Assembly: GCA_036172245.1 (NCBI GenBank)
Contig: JAYWIR010000009.1
Location: forward strand, 3,968,001-4,032,000
DNA length: 64,000 nt
Reading direction: 5' to 3'
Source of the DNA: Raillietiella orientalis
Taxonomy: Eukaryota
Position numbers and translations under genes: made by a program. Below, in pieces: positions 1 through 12,348 of this stretch. A model generated the notes under the pieces. That model saw nothing but the letters and a program-made list of their open reading frames with translations, was not told where the DNA came from and made no database searches. Every line of letters begins with the position of its first letter. Within the stretch, counting starts at the first letter, position 1.

Positions 1-1627
1 GCCACCGTCAAAGTAGGATGTCTTTTCTCTAGCCCGGCTCGTGATTGCATCGTCGGCCAGTGGACACGCACTGGCGGATGGTGGCAGGCCTTCCAGGAGA
101 GTCCGTGCGGCACAAAACGGAGTCTGTACTTTTCTTCGATTTCGAATACGCACAAAGCTACGTAAGAAGCATTATCTGCATCGTCCCTTCTAGCCAGAAG
201 AATAGAAATTCTACTTGCTAGTTGGACGTACAAAAAGGTTCGGTCTGGATAATAATAACTCCGTACGCAAACTATCGCCATCATCCATATGAATAATACG
301 AAACCATGAGCGAATCCGCCTCTGTTTCAAGTCTGCTCCGTTCATCAGCACATATTCCCCTCCTGACTACCTTATACTTCTCTCGGGGTCCAACCATGAA
401 TAATTTATATTTGTCATTGGATATGCATCTGTGCTCACATCAGGCATTCGGTCCCGAGAAATTCATTAACATCCCAGATTTCTCAAGCGGGATGCTGAGA
501 AAATAACTGCTCGATAGAGTCATGGAAGAACGTAATTATTGTCTTCTTTGTCGTTTAAATCACTTGCGATAACGTAACGGCATGCACTCTTAATTTAAAT
601 ATCCTGCAGTTTAACCTGCATGCTTAGCCTGTTGAGCTGTACGTTTATGGAAGACGTGGTACGACAAAAGTCGATCGCAACACGCTGTATCGGCTAACCT
701 TTGTAGTCTGCTTGCCTGGCATCACTGTGCAGCACACGTAGCTTTACTCACTCGTGATCATCACTCCCTTTTTCTTCCTTGGGCCTCGAAAAGCCTTCAA
801 TACAACCAAACGTTTCTAACGTCAATCCTGAAAGGTAGCAACGCAGTCATTTCCCTGTTGATTAACTTGAGGACGACTCTTGGATCCTTTGTTTCCGGTT
901 GTGATCTCGGGACTCTTGATTCTCCACTTGGTCGTACTCTTAGGTGCCTATTCTGTGCTTGCACTGTGGGATGTTTTGTGATTTGCTTTCAATCACGGAA
1001 CCTTCCCAATACCATGGTACACCGTGATGGCTTCAAAGTACAGGAATAATTTGGATTATTGTTATTCTTTCACTCATTACGAGGGGTCTTCTTGTCCCCA
1101 CTCTTTTATTCTTTCACGAACCTCAAGAATTGCAATTGGTTAGGGCTCATCAGTTCCAATCACGGCGATGTTTTTTGACATAAAGACCGATTTAGATATT
1201 TTCGGGAGCACATAACTGTGAACGAGATCAGGAGTACGACCAACGAATAGGAAATGCACCAATGCATTAAACAATTTAATGCCATACGCATCACGGAAAA
1301 AATCAGGCAATTGTGGCTCACTTGACCTACATTTCCCATATATCGCAACTGGGTTAACAAATTAAGCCACTGCTTTTCTTTGGAGTTCAACTCCATCAAC
1401 TTTACTTTCTACACCACGTCTATTAATAACGTACAAACATTCGGAAAATAACTGCTGTTAGTGCTTCCCCATTAACAACCAGATGGTAAAATCACTGTGC
1501 TAAGGGGCAACTCTACTTATTAATCACGTAATTCATAGAATCCTTATAGAAAACTTGAATATTTCGGCAAAGGAAAACAATAAGTACCACACGGCAATAC
1601 AAACTTTACATGAACAGATCGACTAAC

Positions 1628-4600
1628 CTTTTAACATATCAGCATAATACATTACTCTTGTCAGGGGTGCTAAAAAAGCAATCTGTAGTGGAATATAGCA
1701 TATCTTGGAAGATTCAAAGTTGTTAAAGATGGTCTTAAAGGCATCGCATTTTCGATACTTGTGTTCCAAATTTTGCAGAACCTCAAAATGTTTAGCAATA
1801 TACTCGGAATAAAACTGAGGGCTCTTATTAAAGATGCTGCTCATATCGTACTTACAGGAAGTGACGATGTCAGCTGAGAGGAAAAACATTTGAACGCATC
1901 ATCAAGCCTAAAATTAAACTCATCTCTATTCTTCAAAGATAGACAATATTTTACCGGGAATTCACAGGAGAGGATCGATCTGCATCACATTCCAGTTTTG
2001 TGATAATATCATTGTGTGCTTCATGCAAGGGTTCTAGTAACTCGAAGACTTCAACAAGATCCTTCTGATCTGGTAAGTTCAACTCACAAAGTGCTTGTTT
2101 AAAATGCTAAAACGATATTCCATACATCAAACAAATACGTTCACTTTACCAGACACCATATAGTGAGACTTCTACAGTATGTTCTCTCTGTCATAAGAAG
2201 TTCCTTATAGCACATCTTGTGATTAAAAAGAATCTAAGTATCTTCAGTATTATCCCATAAATTGAATAAAACTTACGTTTTTATGCTCGTGCTGCACAGA
2301 AGTTTGAAAGAAATCCGCACGTATGGAATTACTTCTATAGTCTTCATCATTTATATCACTGTGCCTTAAGAAACAAACATTAACATAAAAACTGGTTCAA
2401 TGCAAACTATTCTGGAATTTCCCTCTAAATACGAAAAAAAAAAACACAATTCTTCCCGAGACCCTTTTATAAATTACATGAAAATTTCATACACTCATTC
2501 GGACAAAAGTTTCTGGGACATAGTGTATTTTTGATGATGTGATGATGATAAAAACAAATCAAAGTATCTGAAACCTCATCAAACGAAGTTTATTTACTCC
2601 ATTTATCGAATCCAAATCTTTGTATGAAGATAGTCCTACTCCCTTTAAACAAATTATGCTGGATCCAGTTCGGTATAAAATGTGCAAATAATTTAATCCG
2701 AGTAAACAGTATTTGTACATTTGCCTATTAAAGAGTGAAAGGTAATGTTGGAGTTTCAAGATTTCTGATATACTTGATATTCATTAAGAAAAACAAACTT
2801 TGGTTGTAATTACGATGTAATCACATTGTTTTTCATGAAATATTTTCTTTTAGTTGTTCAGCATGTTCGATCATTCGTTACTTACATATCAACATCATAT
2901 ATTCTTTTTAAATTAAATTTCAAAATCAACCTTTAGCTAATGTCGTCATTCAGAAATAAATCTTTAAAAGCTAGAAGGACTAACTTTTTACACATCTCAC
3001 GATGCCCAAACCATAAGAGGCTTTATGGTTTCTTAAACACAGAATTTCTGCATTTCAAAAAAGCAAATTTTCGATTTTCAAATTAAGGAAGACTCTGTAA
3101 CTGTTGCTACTACTCTACTGCACGGCTGTTTTCTAAATTTTAATTTTGCATGCAATACACTTAAATTCACGATTTCGTTTTTCAAACAATCTCAAGTCTT
3201 TTTTTTGTAAAATCTTTTTTTATCCTTATAAATCGCTCATCTATACAGGCAGAAACGGGCAACTGAAAATTAGGAGGAAAAAATTCCTTGTAACTAATCC
3301 ATGGACATAAAATAAGTTGAAGTTTTACTTATGTAACTCCCATTTGAAAGTACAGCATTGAATGGTGAAAAACGATTCAAAGGGAAACAACACAATAAGC
3401 AAAACAGAAATGACAAAGTTGACATGCAAATTCATCAGACTGAATATGAACCACTTTTTGTGATTCAGTTTGTAGCAATACTGCATAAAGGATGCACCCT
3501 GATGCAGCCCTTTGTTGCAATTAAATGAACACATAAAAAATTAAAATATTAAACAAGTGTCTCTTGTTGGTAATTTAATAATTTGGAATGACGCGACTTG
3601 CAACATAAATGGTGATTACAGATCCATGAACACTAACAGAAGACAATCAAGAGAAGAATTTTGCACAGCTTGGGGCTGGGGGACACATGTACAGAACACC
3701 TAATGAGCAACCCATTTAGGTCATTCAAATAGATTTTAAAAAAAAATATCTCATGTAAAATTGAAATAAATAATGGACATATAAAATAAACGACTGAAGA
3801 AACTAAAACTTAATTCAATGAAGTAAGCTTTTGATTATCAGTGTTTCTTTAGATCATACCACTGTCATAAACTTGCATTTGAAGTCAAAAGTTTTCAATT
3901 AACAATTTACTGAAAAATGCTAATGAGGAAAATCTGTATAGAGAAATTTTTCCTTTCCATATTAAAAGTGCACTAGTAACAATCCAACCTTTTTGATTCC
4001 AGAGAAAATTGTGTCTTCAGTACTGCAGGATTGGTGCTGAATTCTGATATTCCCTTGTTCTCATTCTCAAAAGTATTTTCACTCCTATTTGGTTCGTCTT
4101 TGCTCAAGACTGAAAGTACAAAAACAGTGAAAGTAATTGATTTGCAAAACAGTTTTGCAAAACAGTTTTACAATGAACATAATCCTCTAACTTACATAAG
4201 CAAACAGATCACAATACAATCAGAAGGAAACAAAAGACATCCATGCCAACAAAGCAGAGACAACATTTAAAAAGGCAAGCATTGACATCCTACCTCAGAA
4301 ACTTCAAACCATACAGCAGATACCCTAACCCATTCCAAGTGCACCCAGAATAATGATGTAATAGAAAACATAACCCCATCCCTGTAAAATGCATGAACAC
4401 AAGATAGAGATTATACCCTAGGCATTAGAATTGTAAAGGACAGATGTCCTTTTATTCATAATCCAGTGTTGAGAAATTTCAAAAATCATCTGGATGCACA
4501 CATTTTTTGATTTGCCCATCTCTAATCTGCAAATTCAAGGAAACTTTGTACTTTTTTTGTGACCTATCATCTGTTGATTGCATGGGCACACAAAGGGAAG

Positions 4601-7445
4601 GCATATGGAAAGATGTATCATTTTCAGTACTGTGAGCATTATGGCTGAAGTCTGGCAGACCAAGAATGTGTTGTGAAGAAACGTCTTCACTAGTAGAAGA
4701 ATCGGCAGGCACTTCTGGAGCTTTATCTTCTGATGCTAGATTTCCTTGAATTTCGTCCATTAAACTGGGTGATGAAGGAAACACTTCAGCCATGGGTGTA
4801 TGCTCTACTATATGAGTGGGTTCTTCTTGACAAATCAAGTAATTAAAATCAGTACAAGAAGAATTATGAAAATCTGGATCTTCTATATCTGAAAGATCAT
4901 TCACAAAGGAGAAAGAAATAGGAGACGGGAGGCAGTGCACATTAATGATCTCAGTATGAATACATGGCGATTGTATCACTTCATCAGTTGAAGTGAAAAG
5001 ACACTTATTTTGTAATGAATTGTTCTCACTTTTTCTTGGGTTTATATTCCAGAAATCAGAGTCCAAACAACAATCCTGTAAAGGACTGTCTTTCTTATGA
5101 TGAGCATAAAGGATTGACTCATTCTCCTGGAAAAGGGAATCCAAGAGCATATCATCAGTAGAACAGCCATCACTATCACTGTTGGACTCTGTGGAATCCG
5201 TAGCCAAAATAGGAATACCCTGTGTCCCAAATGTCATATCATAAGAGTCCCGCAATGCATTATAAGCATTATAATAAGAGTCATGTTTGCCAAACATAAT
5301 AAGAGTATTGGGGTCAAACATTTCCTCCTCTTGTTCTACATAGTTTACTGGCCTCAACAAATCCGATTCACTGAAAGATTTGCATCCTAATGAGGAATAT
5401 CTCTTAGAAACACACTGTCCCCGAGAATATAAATTGCTGTGTAATGAACAGCAACTTCTGGTGGTATAGAACTTAGGGTCCTGCCTGCATAAAGTCTTTG
5501 GATGTTTATCAGAAGCGAGCAATAAGTCTTCTAAAACAGGACTTCCGAGAACTTCTTTGCTTGACTGACCTGAAAATGAAGTCTGAGCACCAGATTCACA
5601 CTGTTCCACCCAAGATTCGTGTTCTTTTGGAAGACTAGTTGTTAGCAATGTTGCTTGAGAATGGGTACTGTCTCTAAAAAGTGGAAAAAAAAAAAAAAAA
5701 TTGAATTGGATATGTTACATATAAAGTAGGATACCACCTTGGAATTTCAGACAAAGCATCATCGTACTCGGTTGCATGTGTAGCAGATCCTAGATCTACA
5801 TGAGAAGAACTGTGAAATGAAGAACAAGATGGGGAAGTCAAATTTCCTACAGTAAATGCTTACAACACAAATCATTTAAAAAAACAATTTACCAGGTATT
5901 CGTGTTTCAGAGAGTGGTAATAGCAACTGCGAAGCGGTAGAGTTGCCATAATTGGAACCATGTAAGCTGGAATTGTTGGAGAGCGTACTACGCTTGACAA
6001 AGCTGTATGACCTACACAATCAAAGAATTTTTTCTTTTGAAAAGTACTTGCAAAGTCACCTTTCAAAAGGCTGTCTAGAAATATAGTTTTCTCTTAAATA
6101 ATCTACCATCTGTTTCTGCGTTCGGCCACTATATCTGAATATACAACATCGGTCACATCCGATCTCCAACATTCTTTTACCTGAAGGAAGACCCCCGGCT
6201 TAAAATATGACCTTTTCCTCGAGAGTTTCTTTTTATGGTAGAACATCGAAAGAAGCAGTGGTTTTCAATACATTTCTTCCAAAAATTTTTGCATTCATTT
6301 CTACCATCAAAAAAAAACTCCACAATTCCTTTGCAATAGCCCTAGATATAGCAGATACTATTTTGGGTAACTACATTGATTTCATACATATCCCTCTGGG
6401 TGTAATTTTATAATGAATTTTTTTCTTTTGAAACTCAGCTTTCTGATTTTGGCCCAAGAAAATGTATTGATTTTAAATATATCCTGAAAAACTAAAATGC
6501 CCATATGGGCAACAGCAAGATTCAGGATAACTCCTTCAGGATCCTAAAGTACAGACTAATTAGGTGAATCAAAAAAACCAAATAACTGCTCACCTTGGCA
6601 GAATGCATTTTAATTCCATAGAATTCACAGCGTCGAGCAGTTTCTAGTAAATTGAGATCTGCTTCAGCAGGGGACTGCCCCCTACAGTAAACAAATAAAT
6701 GACCCAAAGAAAGTTCAGCTGCTTACGCCAATTTCCTATGGTTCTCTATAATCTGCTTCTCCAATTCAGAATCTTGATGGGGTGTAAACTTATAGGAAGA
6801 CATGTAGGTATGAGAAGGATAGTCTTCATCTTCGTAATCACCACATTCAGCTTGAGGAAAGCAATTAAACTAAAGCAAGTGATCATTGCTTCAACTAACC
6901 TTGAATTATATAAGAGCACAATATTGCTGCAGTAGCAGCATTGCATATTAAATCCCCTAAAGCAAGATCTCGCTTTATCTGTAAAGCAAACAAGTAACGT
7001 GTGTATTCTTCCTCTAGCTGTGCTGGATCTGGCGTATAAAATTTCACACAAAACCACATATGAGGATCAAGAAGAGAAAGCCCCAACTGTTGATTCAATG
7101 GCTTATCCAAATCCAACCAGTACTACAAATATTTATGAAGAAAATAATATTTAATACATGCTCACCTTCAAGTTTTTACTATCTTTGTATTCAAGTCCAA
7201 AATAATCCAATTCTAAAAGATTTATCTGGCTGCACACTTGATCAAATAAAACTTTACCTAAAGCTTTTTGCTTTTGTGTACAAAAGTTTAGCTAATAGCT
7301 TCATACAAATAGCAAAATTTACCTGAATTTGAAATAAACTCACATGGTCATCTAACCAGGTAACATGGACATTTATCATTTTACCACTTTTTTTATAATT
7401 ATGAGAGACTGGTTTGTTCTGGTCTAAAGTACAAATAAGAGACAT
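1628..7445 (-). CDS. FARP1/2 (Cdep): FERM, RhoGEF (DH) and pleckstrin domain protein, long isoform; 3' part (rest of DH, PH domains) not located, probably beyond the window start
   Basis: In-frame GT-AG exon chain: 7445-7323, 7270-7166, 7122-6900, 6850-6727, 6681-6594, 6543-6388, 6341-6181, 6134-6060, 6011-5893, 5846-5738, 5673-5570, 4109-3989, 2364-2277, 2233-2150, 2106-1955, 1907-1856, 1814-1628. FERM motifs [61 protein letters not shown]-adjacent [17 protein letters not shown] motifs [10 protein letters not shown] and [11 protein letters not shown]. Confidence 0.9.
4479..5673 (-). CDS. Extended terminal exon of a short FERM-only FARP isoform (Ser/Asp/Glu-rich tail)
   Basis: Exon starting at 5673 stays open past the internal donor (TCAG|gtcagt, 5570/5569) to TGA at 4481-4479, followed by AATAAA on the minus strand at 4456-4451. 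The ORF track shows 389 aa, far too long for chance in this AT-rich DNA. Confidence 0.7.
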
Positions 7446-10400
7446 TTTGCTCTCTGCTCCAGCAAAGATCACATTATGTTATCACAATCCAGCAGTTGGG
7501 GTATACAATTCAAGCTATAAAATGATGTACAAATTATCCTTGATGATTTTTGGGATACCATGCTGCTTGTGTTGTAGGGTTTAGGGTCCGTTTTCAGAGA
7601 ACAATACGGAAAAGGTGGCATAATGATAAAACTTTTTCTCTGGTGATCTCCAGGCACCAAATAAGCACATTACAAGATCATTTGTTTAAAGTCTGAAAAA
7701 TGCATTAGTAAGGAATCAAATAAAAAATTAGCACTATATACTAGCTCCGTACTTCTTGCAGGTCTGTATACAACTTAATTCAACAAATTAATGCTTACTT
7801 ATTATGCTTGAAACAATTCTCAACCTCTCAGTAGTTCAAATCTGTATCAACAGATTTGCAATTAGTTTTAAGACAAAAAGAAACAACATTTGCAACTTGT
7901 AGAAAAAGAAAATACTAATATAAGTAAGCATCACTTAGGTTCAACAAAATGGTAAGTCAAAAATTGTGGATTTCTCAGAACCTAAAGACTTTAATCACTG
8001 TAAAATGACTATCAATATTAAATTAAAATTAAGACTTTCCAAAAAAACATTATTTTATACATCATCCATAAGTCCATCAAAGCTATTGGTCCCAATTAAA
8101 TTTTTTTTTTGGAAACCAACACTTTACAAAAAAAATTACCAAAATTACTTTACAAAGACCAGAATAGAAATCAATTCTTTTTAATTCAAAATAATATGCT
8201 TGTGCAAATAATCTAATCTAATAATCTAGATAATCTATTTTCATGTTCTATGGGTTTCATTTGAAATGAATCCCATAAAGCAATTTGAAAATCCAAACCT
8301 ATGTGCACCATTTCAATTACAAAATGAATAATAATTCAAAATTTTCATTTTTCTCATCTCATAAATGAATCCTATTTTAAAGAGACTTTTTCCATCATCC
8401 CATTAAGCCTCTAACATCTTGACATTTATGCAGAAAGTTATAACAATCCACATTCAAAAGAATTGAAATGAGTTCAGCATAATCATTACGCTTATTATCT
8501 CAGTTGTGCTGATTATTAGCGATTTTCGCTTTTTTACAAAGCATTAGCTTTTTTTTTTTGGCATTCACTTGTGTTTGGTGTTTTTTAAATAACCCAAAGG
8601 AAGGGCTCAATGATATTACCACCACAATGGCACTGCACAAATATCTAATTCTTTTGCTAAAAAGCATCAATAAGGAAATATTCCATAATGCAGATATGAA
8701 ATGAGTGTGTGTGAGGGGATGGATTCATTAGAATATAACAATCAACTTTAATATTATTATTATTGGTTCATATATGCACAATATTCTTTCTGAGATGCTG
8801 CTTCATTAATATAGGAATTTCATTTCTGTGCCACACTTTTCTTCAGTCTCATGAATCAGTGGTTCTCTTGTTTTTTATACATCAGATTCTTGAAACTAAA
8901 TCACGAATTTGAATTAAATCACGAACTTTGAATTAAGGCCCACGTAAACATGGACCTTAATTTGAAGTTTTGAACGCTACCTTTTAGGATAATATTAAAA
9001 CTTACTATACATTCATAAAAACTGTCTTTGTCATAAATAAAAATAAGGATTAACAATAATTTTGAAACATACTTAGGACTAATTTCATTCCTTGAATTCA
9101 CAGGGAACTCGATTTAAAAAAAAAACATTCATGTATTGCTGCATACAAAACTTACAATTTTAGTTTCTCAAAAACAATAATACATCCCCAAATTACAAAT
9201 TAATATGCCAGTATATTTGTGTCATGGAAGATAACATAAATGCTGAATTTTCAAAACATTCAATTACAATCTGAAACCTTATTCCATTGATGCACCTTCA
9301 AAAATAAATCTAAATTTGTTGCAATGATTTTATCCATATGTAAATGAACTTTAACATTTAAAAATAACCCATATTCTAATGTTGCTCTCTACGTAGAAAA
9401 CATAATAAGGAAAAATACCTGTTCAACAATAAACTATATTTAACAACTTTACATTAATGCATGCCGATCTTCTAATCCAAGGAAAAATTCCAACATCACT
9501 ATCTGTACTGTACACTATATTTCACATTAATTCACCAATTGGTTTGATACATCCTTGTTTCTGCACTCAAAATACATTTCCTATTATGCAAATTTCCACA
9601 AAAGTGCACTTATTTCTCCTGCAAACTTGAAATTTTAAAAAATCTGCACACTACTTTTTGATACAGTTCTCAATTTTCTCCAACATTTACACCAGGAAAA
9701 CACTGTTAAGAAATTCAGGCGGAGATAATGTATGATAATCTGAGATAAGGTGACCCACTGACCCACCCTTTTTACAATAAGTGATTCAAAATATGCATAC
9801 AGCTCACAGTATCTAATACCCTCAAAATTATAAATAAAACCAACGTCAATACCTTTCTGAAATTATTTTGTTCTTTCATAGTCACAATCAGATAACTACA
9901 AAGAAAATGGGCATTTGCTGAAATGGGCATTTTTTTTTTTTTTTTTTAAAAAAAACTGCCCAAAACTTTAAACAAGTCTTGCAATTATGGAAAGTAAAGT
10001 TATATTAATGTCACTACAATGCAATGACTTTACCACCATAAGCAGACTATTAAGTACCTTAAAGCTTTGCTGAACAGCATCCATAAACTGGAATCAAAAA
10101 AAGGATGCAAGAATATAAGGTACTATGAAAACTTAACTGATGGCTTTGAAATAAAAAAATTACTCACTAAAAAAATTAATTGCTCACTACTTGTAGCTGT
10201 AATGATTTTGAGTTTGAAATCCTTTTCAGTTACCTGTTACTTTAAAATTTATTTCTGTGTTAATTATTAATCAATGTGTGCCACTTGTAACAATCACAAC
10301 TAAAGAATACATTGTATATGGAAAGGAACAAAAATAGATTCAAACAACTATCAACAACAGTTACAATATACATGGCAATTAGCAGAGATTTCACACTTTA

Positions 10401-12319
10401 TAAGTTTAAGGCTGCAAATCATAAACAGAAATTCATTAAGCATAGAGTCTGAAAGTAAACAAGTAATGCAGTAATATAAATAAAAACTTACATGAGTTCA
10501 ATTCAAATCAGCAAACATCGATAACATATTTACTGGATATTTATCATTTCTAATTACAAAACAAGGGTGCATACATTCATACTAAATACAACTACTTAAT
10601 CTGTTAAGAAACTAATGTTTTTAGAAAAACCAAGCACTAGCCAATAGCTACAAATTGTGATTACGCAATGAAGAATTTCTTCCACAGAAATTTCCTCTAG
10701 AAACGCAATGATTCAGTTTTGCTTTCACTGAATTGTCAAACACTCTTGTCCACTTGATTACAGATTTTAAAAATCAATCCCCACATGTAGAAACAGAAAT
10801 GTCTGTAGACAACCCTTTTAAATCCCAAATGGAGATAATACATCATTCATTCATGAAACAAATTTATGTTTAGAGTTCCAATTGAATGCGATGTACTAGA
10901 AAAATTGCACTGGAAGACTGAGTTGAAAGAATTTGAAATATTGCACATTCATAGAATACAGAAGTTACTTGCTGATGATCTGTATAGGATCACAATTTAG
11001 CAAGGATTGACATAAGCAATTACATTAGTTTTTAAAATTGTTTTTAATGTCAATTCATGATGTACGTCAAGTTTGAAAAGTTACAAGTCTATGAGCATTG
11101 ACAAAATCTTGAAAAATCACATGCTATCTAGAAAGTGGAATTCTCATCCATCTTTGCAAATGTTCAGCAATATGCATAATGCGTATTTGATACACTCCTT
11201 ATACGAAATTTATTTCCAGCTTTTTGGATTTATGTTCACATGCATTTTTGTTTTATGTGATGAACATTCTCTTTGAAAGAATAACTGAAGAATAACTCAA
11301 TAATTCCAATTATAACAATAACTTGGCATATCATGAATCAACTGGGGTGGTTGTATAGAAATTGCAGTAAATCTTATTGAAATTACTTGAATCAAGATAA
11401 CAAATAACAGTGGTATGCATATCTGTAACCTATTTTCACATAATGGATGCATCCATGTACAAAAAATACAAAGTATATCATAAAATATTAACTAAATTTG
11501 CTCCTTACAAAAACAGCATCAGATTAGATATCTTTATTCCACAAGAGAATACAAAATGACACTCTAGATGTACTCATACATGCAAATATATTTATTGCAA
11601 TGTAAACAATTACAGCGATTTACAATACTTTGAAACAAAATGTATCTTCTGAAAATGAAACTATTTTACTTACAATGAATCCAGCTGAGAACACACAATA
11701 TTAAAATCCTAAAGGGGAAACATCCAGATTGAATCTTGAATCTTTTCAGAAGAGTACGAACTCACGCAAAGTTATGTTCACCTATCTAGTTCTTGAGTAT
11801 AAAATACAAAAACTGCTTTGTACTGTGTCGGTGTTACATTTCAACTGTACTCAAATTGGATAGTCATTTTAATACCTTAACCATACAAGAGTGACTGGGG
11901 AAAAAAAAACAAAAACAAAATAAGCTATGATAAAATAGAAAACTATGATAAAGCTGCACTGTAAACGTCAATGATAATCCTTGTCATTCATCACCACTGG
12001 GAATCGCTTTTTCCGAATACCAAAGCACAGTAGCAATTACAGAAAAACTGTTTCACACGATAGCTTTGGTTTTAAAATGTAGAAATCTGTACTTTCAACA
12101 CAAATTCATCCTTAAGCATGTGTCGGAATCCGAACACACGCATACAAGCACAATAATTCAAATACCTTGAGGTATCATAAGATTACTGTAAAATGCAATG
12201 TAATCCACGTGAAAACACAATGATGCACGTATACACTGTGCAATAAGCAATATATTATTAATTACATGTTTGTATTCTAGAGTATTGCAGCCGTATGCAC
12301 ACAGACCAAGCATATATAC

Positions 12320-12348
12320 TGTGTGTGTGTGTGTGTGCCCGCGCGGGC
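12320..12348. repeat. (TG)n microsatellite followed by the perfect 12-bp palindrome GCCCGCGCGGGC
   Basis: Read directly; palindrome at 12337-12348. Confidence 0.85.

Noticed and set aside
1..1627. Remaining FARP DH/PH exons
   Set aside because: I found no convincing FARP-like reading here, so I treat it as intron.
8897..8936. Imperfect ~19-bp tandem duplication TAAATCACGAA(C)TTTGAAT
   Set aside because: Ordinary local slippage duplication with no sign of function.
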